NCBI RefSeq assembly: GCF_038025025.1
Contig: NW_027117344.1
Location: forward strand, 62,001 to 126,000
Source of the DNA: Phyllosticta citribraziliensis
Taxonomy: Eukaryota
DNA length: 64,000 bases
Direction of reading: 5' to 3'
Made by a program: the position numbers and the translations under genes. Each line of letters starts with the position of its first letter. Within the stretch, counting starts at the first letter, position 1. Of the stretch, positions 61,157 to 64,000 are shown piece by piece. The notes beneath the pieces are model-generated. The model saw only the letters and a list, made by a program, of their open reading frames with translations, did not search any database and was not told the origin of the DNA.

Positions 61157-62495
61157 TCACAAGATTGTTGAGGGCGCGCCGTTCAAATCATCCGGCGTTC
61201 CTTCGTCTTCCACACACTCGTCGCTGCTGTGGTGTGGAAGGCCATCGTCGCACCACTCGCACCATGAGCAGGTGCAGGTCCTATGGGCGAAGATCGAGGT
61301 CTCGGTCGAGGTCGAGGGTCGGACGACGGCATCTGATTCTTCTTGCTTGATTCCGCCGGCATTGTTGTCAAGATTGGCAATTGGGCTGTAAGTTTCCGTC
61401 GTCTTAGGAGAATCGTGAGCATAGGTTCCATCGGGCTCATCCTGTGTCAAGCCGGTGACCATAGCCATCCTGCGAATATGTTAGGGAAAAAATGGCATCT
61501 GTGAGAGAAAGGGTAGGTCAAACTCACTTCGTGGTCTTGATTTCTCGACCAGCTGACTTGGGCACAAGAGAAAATGATTGGCTACCGGTACCCGTTGAGG
61601 AAGAGTTACGCGAAGTAAGAAAGTGGCTGTCATGGACGATTGGGGAACATTCGTCGTGTCGGGCTCGTTTTTTGGGCACTGGCGAGCTTTCAAACTCATC
61701 TTGGCCGGTCAGGAATGATGCTCCCATTCGCTTCGGTTCCGTACGCGAAGGATAGACTCCTTCAGCGTTTGCGCCCGTGCCATTCCTTTTGCTATCTTGT
61801 CCAACTGGAAGTCTGTACGTTGGCCGAGTAGCAGCAAACTGGGTGCTTGAGGCTGGTTTGCTGTCTTGCTGAAGGGAGAGGCGGTGTGGGCTACCGCGGT
61901 CACTGAATTTGGTGCTGTTCGTGCTGCCTTGGTTGCCGATAGCGATGGCTGTTGTTGGTTGAATGCGTGTGCTTCGCTCGGCTTGGCCGTCTGGCTGAGA
62001 CTGAGAGGAGGAATTTTCGGGGCGGTTGTTCGAGATGAGCATGCTAGCCAGAGACTCAACTTTTGCCTCAAGAGTCTTAATCCGTGCATCTTGCTCCTGG
62101 CTCCGGTGTCTGAAGAGGTTGGCCGAGGTGACATTGCTGGCTTGAAGTGACTCGACTTTCCCCTCAAGAGCTCCGATTTGTGCAGCTTGTTCTGCATTCT
62201 CATCGTGGAGACGCAGGCTTCGGTGGCTCACAACTTTGATGAGATCGTGCAGCTCCTCTGTGTCCAGTGTCAAATCTATCATCTTGAAATCCTGCCCTTC
62301 GATAGCACCCAGTAAGTCGCCGACCGATCCTTGACGGCACTGTTCCTCAGCATTGATTGCGTTCCACAGTTCTGCCTTCTCTTGCAAGAGGATATCCAGG
62401 ACTTTGGCCGCACGGTCCTTCGACTTGCAAGCGCACTCGTCGTTGGGCCGGTTCACCCACTCCTCAATGGCCTCTTCCCGCGTGTGACGATCCAT
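61157..62495 (-). CDS. Hypothetical protein (coiled coil plus disordered tail); 2 exons
   Basis: ORF 61524-62495 splices (AA|GTGAGT..CTAAC..CAG|G) in frame to ORF 61157-61468. Confidence 0.6.
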
Positions 62496-63577
62496 GTTGC
62501 CGACGGGCCACTTGGGCGAGCTGTCGCTGAAGCTGAAGCTGAAGCTGAAGCTGAAGTCGCATGGGGCAAATTACTAGCGCGCTTTGAGTGGAAACAAAAG
62601 AGATCATGCTTACAGAGCGATGTCACTCAACCTCAAAAGCCGTCGGTGGCAGGATGACTTCACGACCTTGGGGTTATCGGTGGTGCGTCAAAGGGCGGTG
62701 GTGGTTGAAATTTGGCGAGGTTTGAGCAGCGGAAACAAGATACAGTCGTGAGGACAAAGTGGTGCCTCTCAACCTCAAAAGCCACGGAGGGCAGAGCGAT
62801 GGCGCGACCGTGAGGTTGGAGATGGGGCGGCGGTGGGCGGTGATGGTGTAAAAGTTTCGTCGAATTTGGAAAGGCAGAGGCTCTTGTGCGCGTGGGCTAC
62901 CTAGCGCGCCTTCCTCCGGCGTGGTGGTTCCTTGGGGCAGGCGCAAGTTTTTGGAGCCTGGGGCACCGATCCAACTACAATCTCTCTTGAGCTCCCGAGG
63001 AAGATTTTGGAGAGTAACGCGTCAAGCACTGGCGCTCTTCATGGAGACACGGCATGTGCAGCTTCCTCTCACACATGTTGCCTGCTAATGATGTCCCTCG
63101 GTCAGGAGCTAGAATCACCATCGCCAGGACAGGCCTTTCGCTCCGAGGATGCTCAAATGCTCAGTGTCCAGGACATTGGGGTAGAGTCTCGATTTCATTG
63201 GAAAGATCGGGTGTTTCCCGCACACACAACGCGCTGGGCCACCCAAGGAGAAACAAGTCGGTTTCAGAGGGCCAGTTTACCTTACCTGGACATCCAAAGA
63301 CAGCTACAAAAGATGTGGGATAGACGCCCACAAGCTCCGGTGGGATACCGCAACTTGAGCAAGCAGTGGTGGCGAGCTAACGGCATCCCACCGCAACCAT
63401 CCCACCGGAAGAGGACGTTATGCAAGCAAAGCAGATCTTGCCTTCGCAATTGTGAGACTTCCTGCTGAGGGTCTATTCAAAAGCAGCTCTCGGGGCCGAG
63501 GTCCAGCAACCCTCATCTTTCACTTGCTCTTTTCCTTTGCCTTTTCGTCAACTGGAAAAGCAAAAACACAAGCAAAT

Positions 63578-64000
63578 ATGCCTCTTTTCGTCCCCTCGAC
63601 GCTTTACTACCTCTCAGCCGCACTCAACGTGCTCACAATCCCCAAACACGTCGCTGTCGGCTTCCGCAACATCTACCCAGCTGTCGAGAGCATCCCACCA
63701 AGTGCCTCGCTCGGTAAGCCAAAACACATCATTGGACCCACGTGGGACTATAGCAACGCTACGCTTGTCGCGTTGAGTGAGTGTTTCCTCGCGCTCACAG
63801 ACTTTCCTCTTGTTGCCACGAGACTGACACTGCGACAGCGGCGATGAACATTCTTTGGGCGCGTAAGGGCGGCCCCAGCTCAGTGGAGGAGAAGTGGGTG
63901 CTATGGACGAGTGTCGTCGGCGGCGCGGTCGTCGGCTGGCAGTACTGGCGCTGCAAGATGTATGCGGGGCTGGGGACGCTGTGGGGGGCGCCGGCGCTGA
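63578..64000 (+). CDS. Small integral membrane protein, runs off the window; intron ~63777-63838
   Basis: MPLFVPSTLYYLSAAL..H..G; spliced second exon AMNILWARKGGP..EEKW with hydrophobic segments, open to window end. Confidence 0.65.

Noticed and set aside
62526..62555. (GCTGAA)n and other short tandem repeats (also GAA-rich near 26010, CAG near 40968)
   Set aside because: Ordinary microsatellites, common throughout this window

Overview
Eukaryotic DNA from a filamentous ascomycete (Pezizomycotina-type; compact, GC-rich, short GT-AG introns with CTRAC branch points). About 27 protein-coding genes were reconstructed by hand-splicing. Most are housekeeping (prefoldin 1, Hem25, Rxt2, TRAPPC11, mitochondrial ProRS, uL10m, uL2m, cyclin B, CK2 beta, VPS9-ankyrin-PX protein, Sgt2, Tma20). 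Two head-to-head glycoside hydrolase/sugar porter pairs (GH31 and GH32) sit at the ends. The notable material is non-coding. (1) At about 12.99-18.63 kb is an array of 17 TATA-box core promoters in strictly alternating orientation. They form short bidirectional promoter modules sharing TCACRAGC and CATGTG motifs, separated by eight unique, apparently non-coding cassettes of about 430-580 bp (five of them 449-464 bp). Each cassette is flanked by convergent promoters, an architecture predicted to produce dsRNA. An atypical tRNA-like gene lies inside the array. (2) At 32.47-33.49 kb are three tandem A-box/B-box Pol III-type ncRNA genes of about 160-190 nt that are not tRNAs; two are clear paralogues. 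All identifications come from reading the sequence and recalling family motifs. No database search was run.
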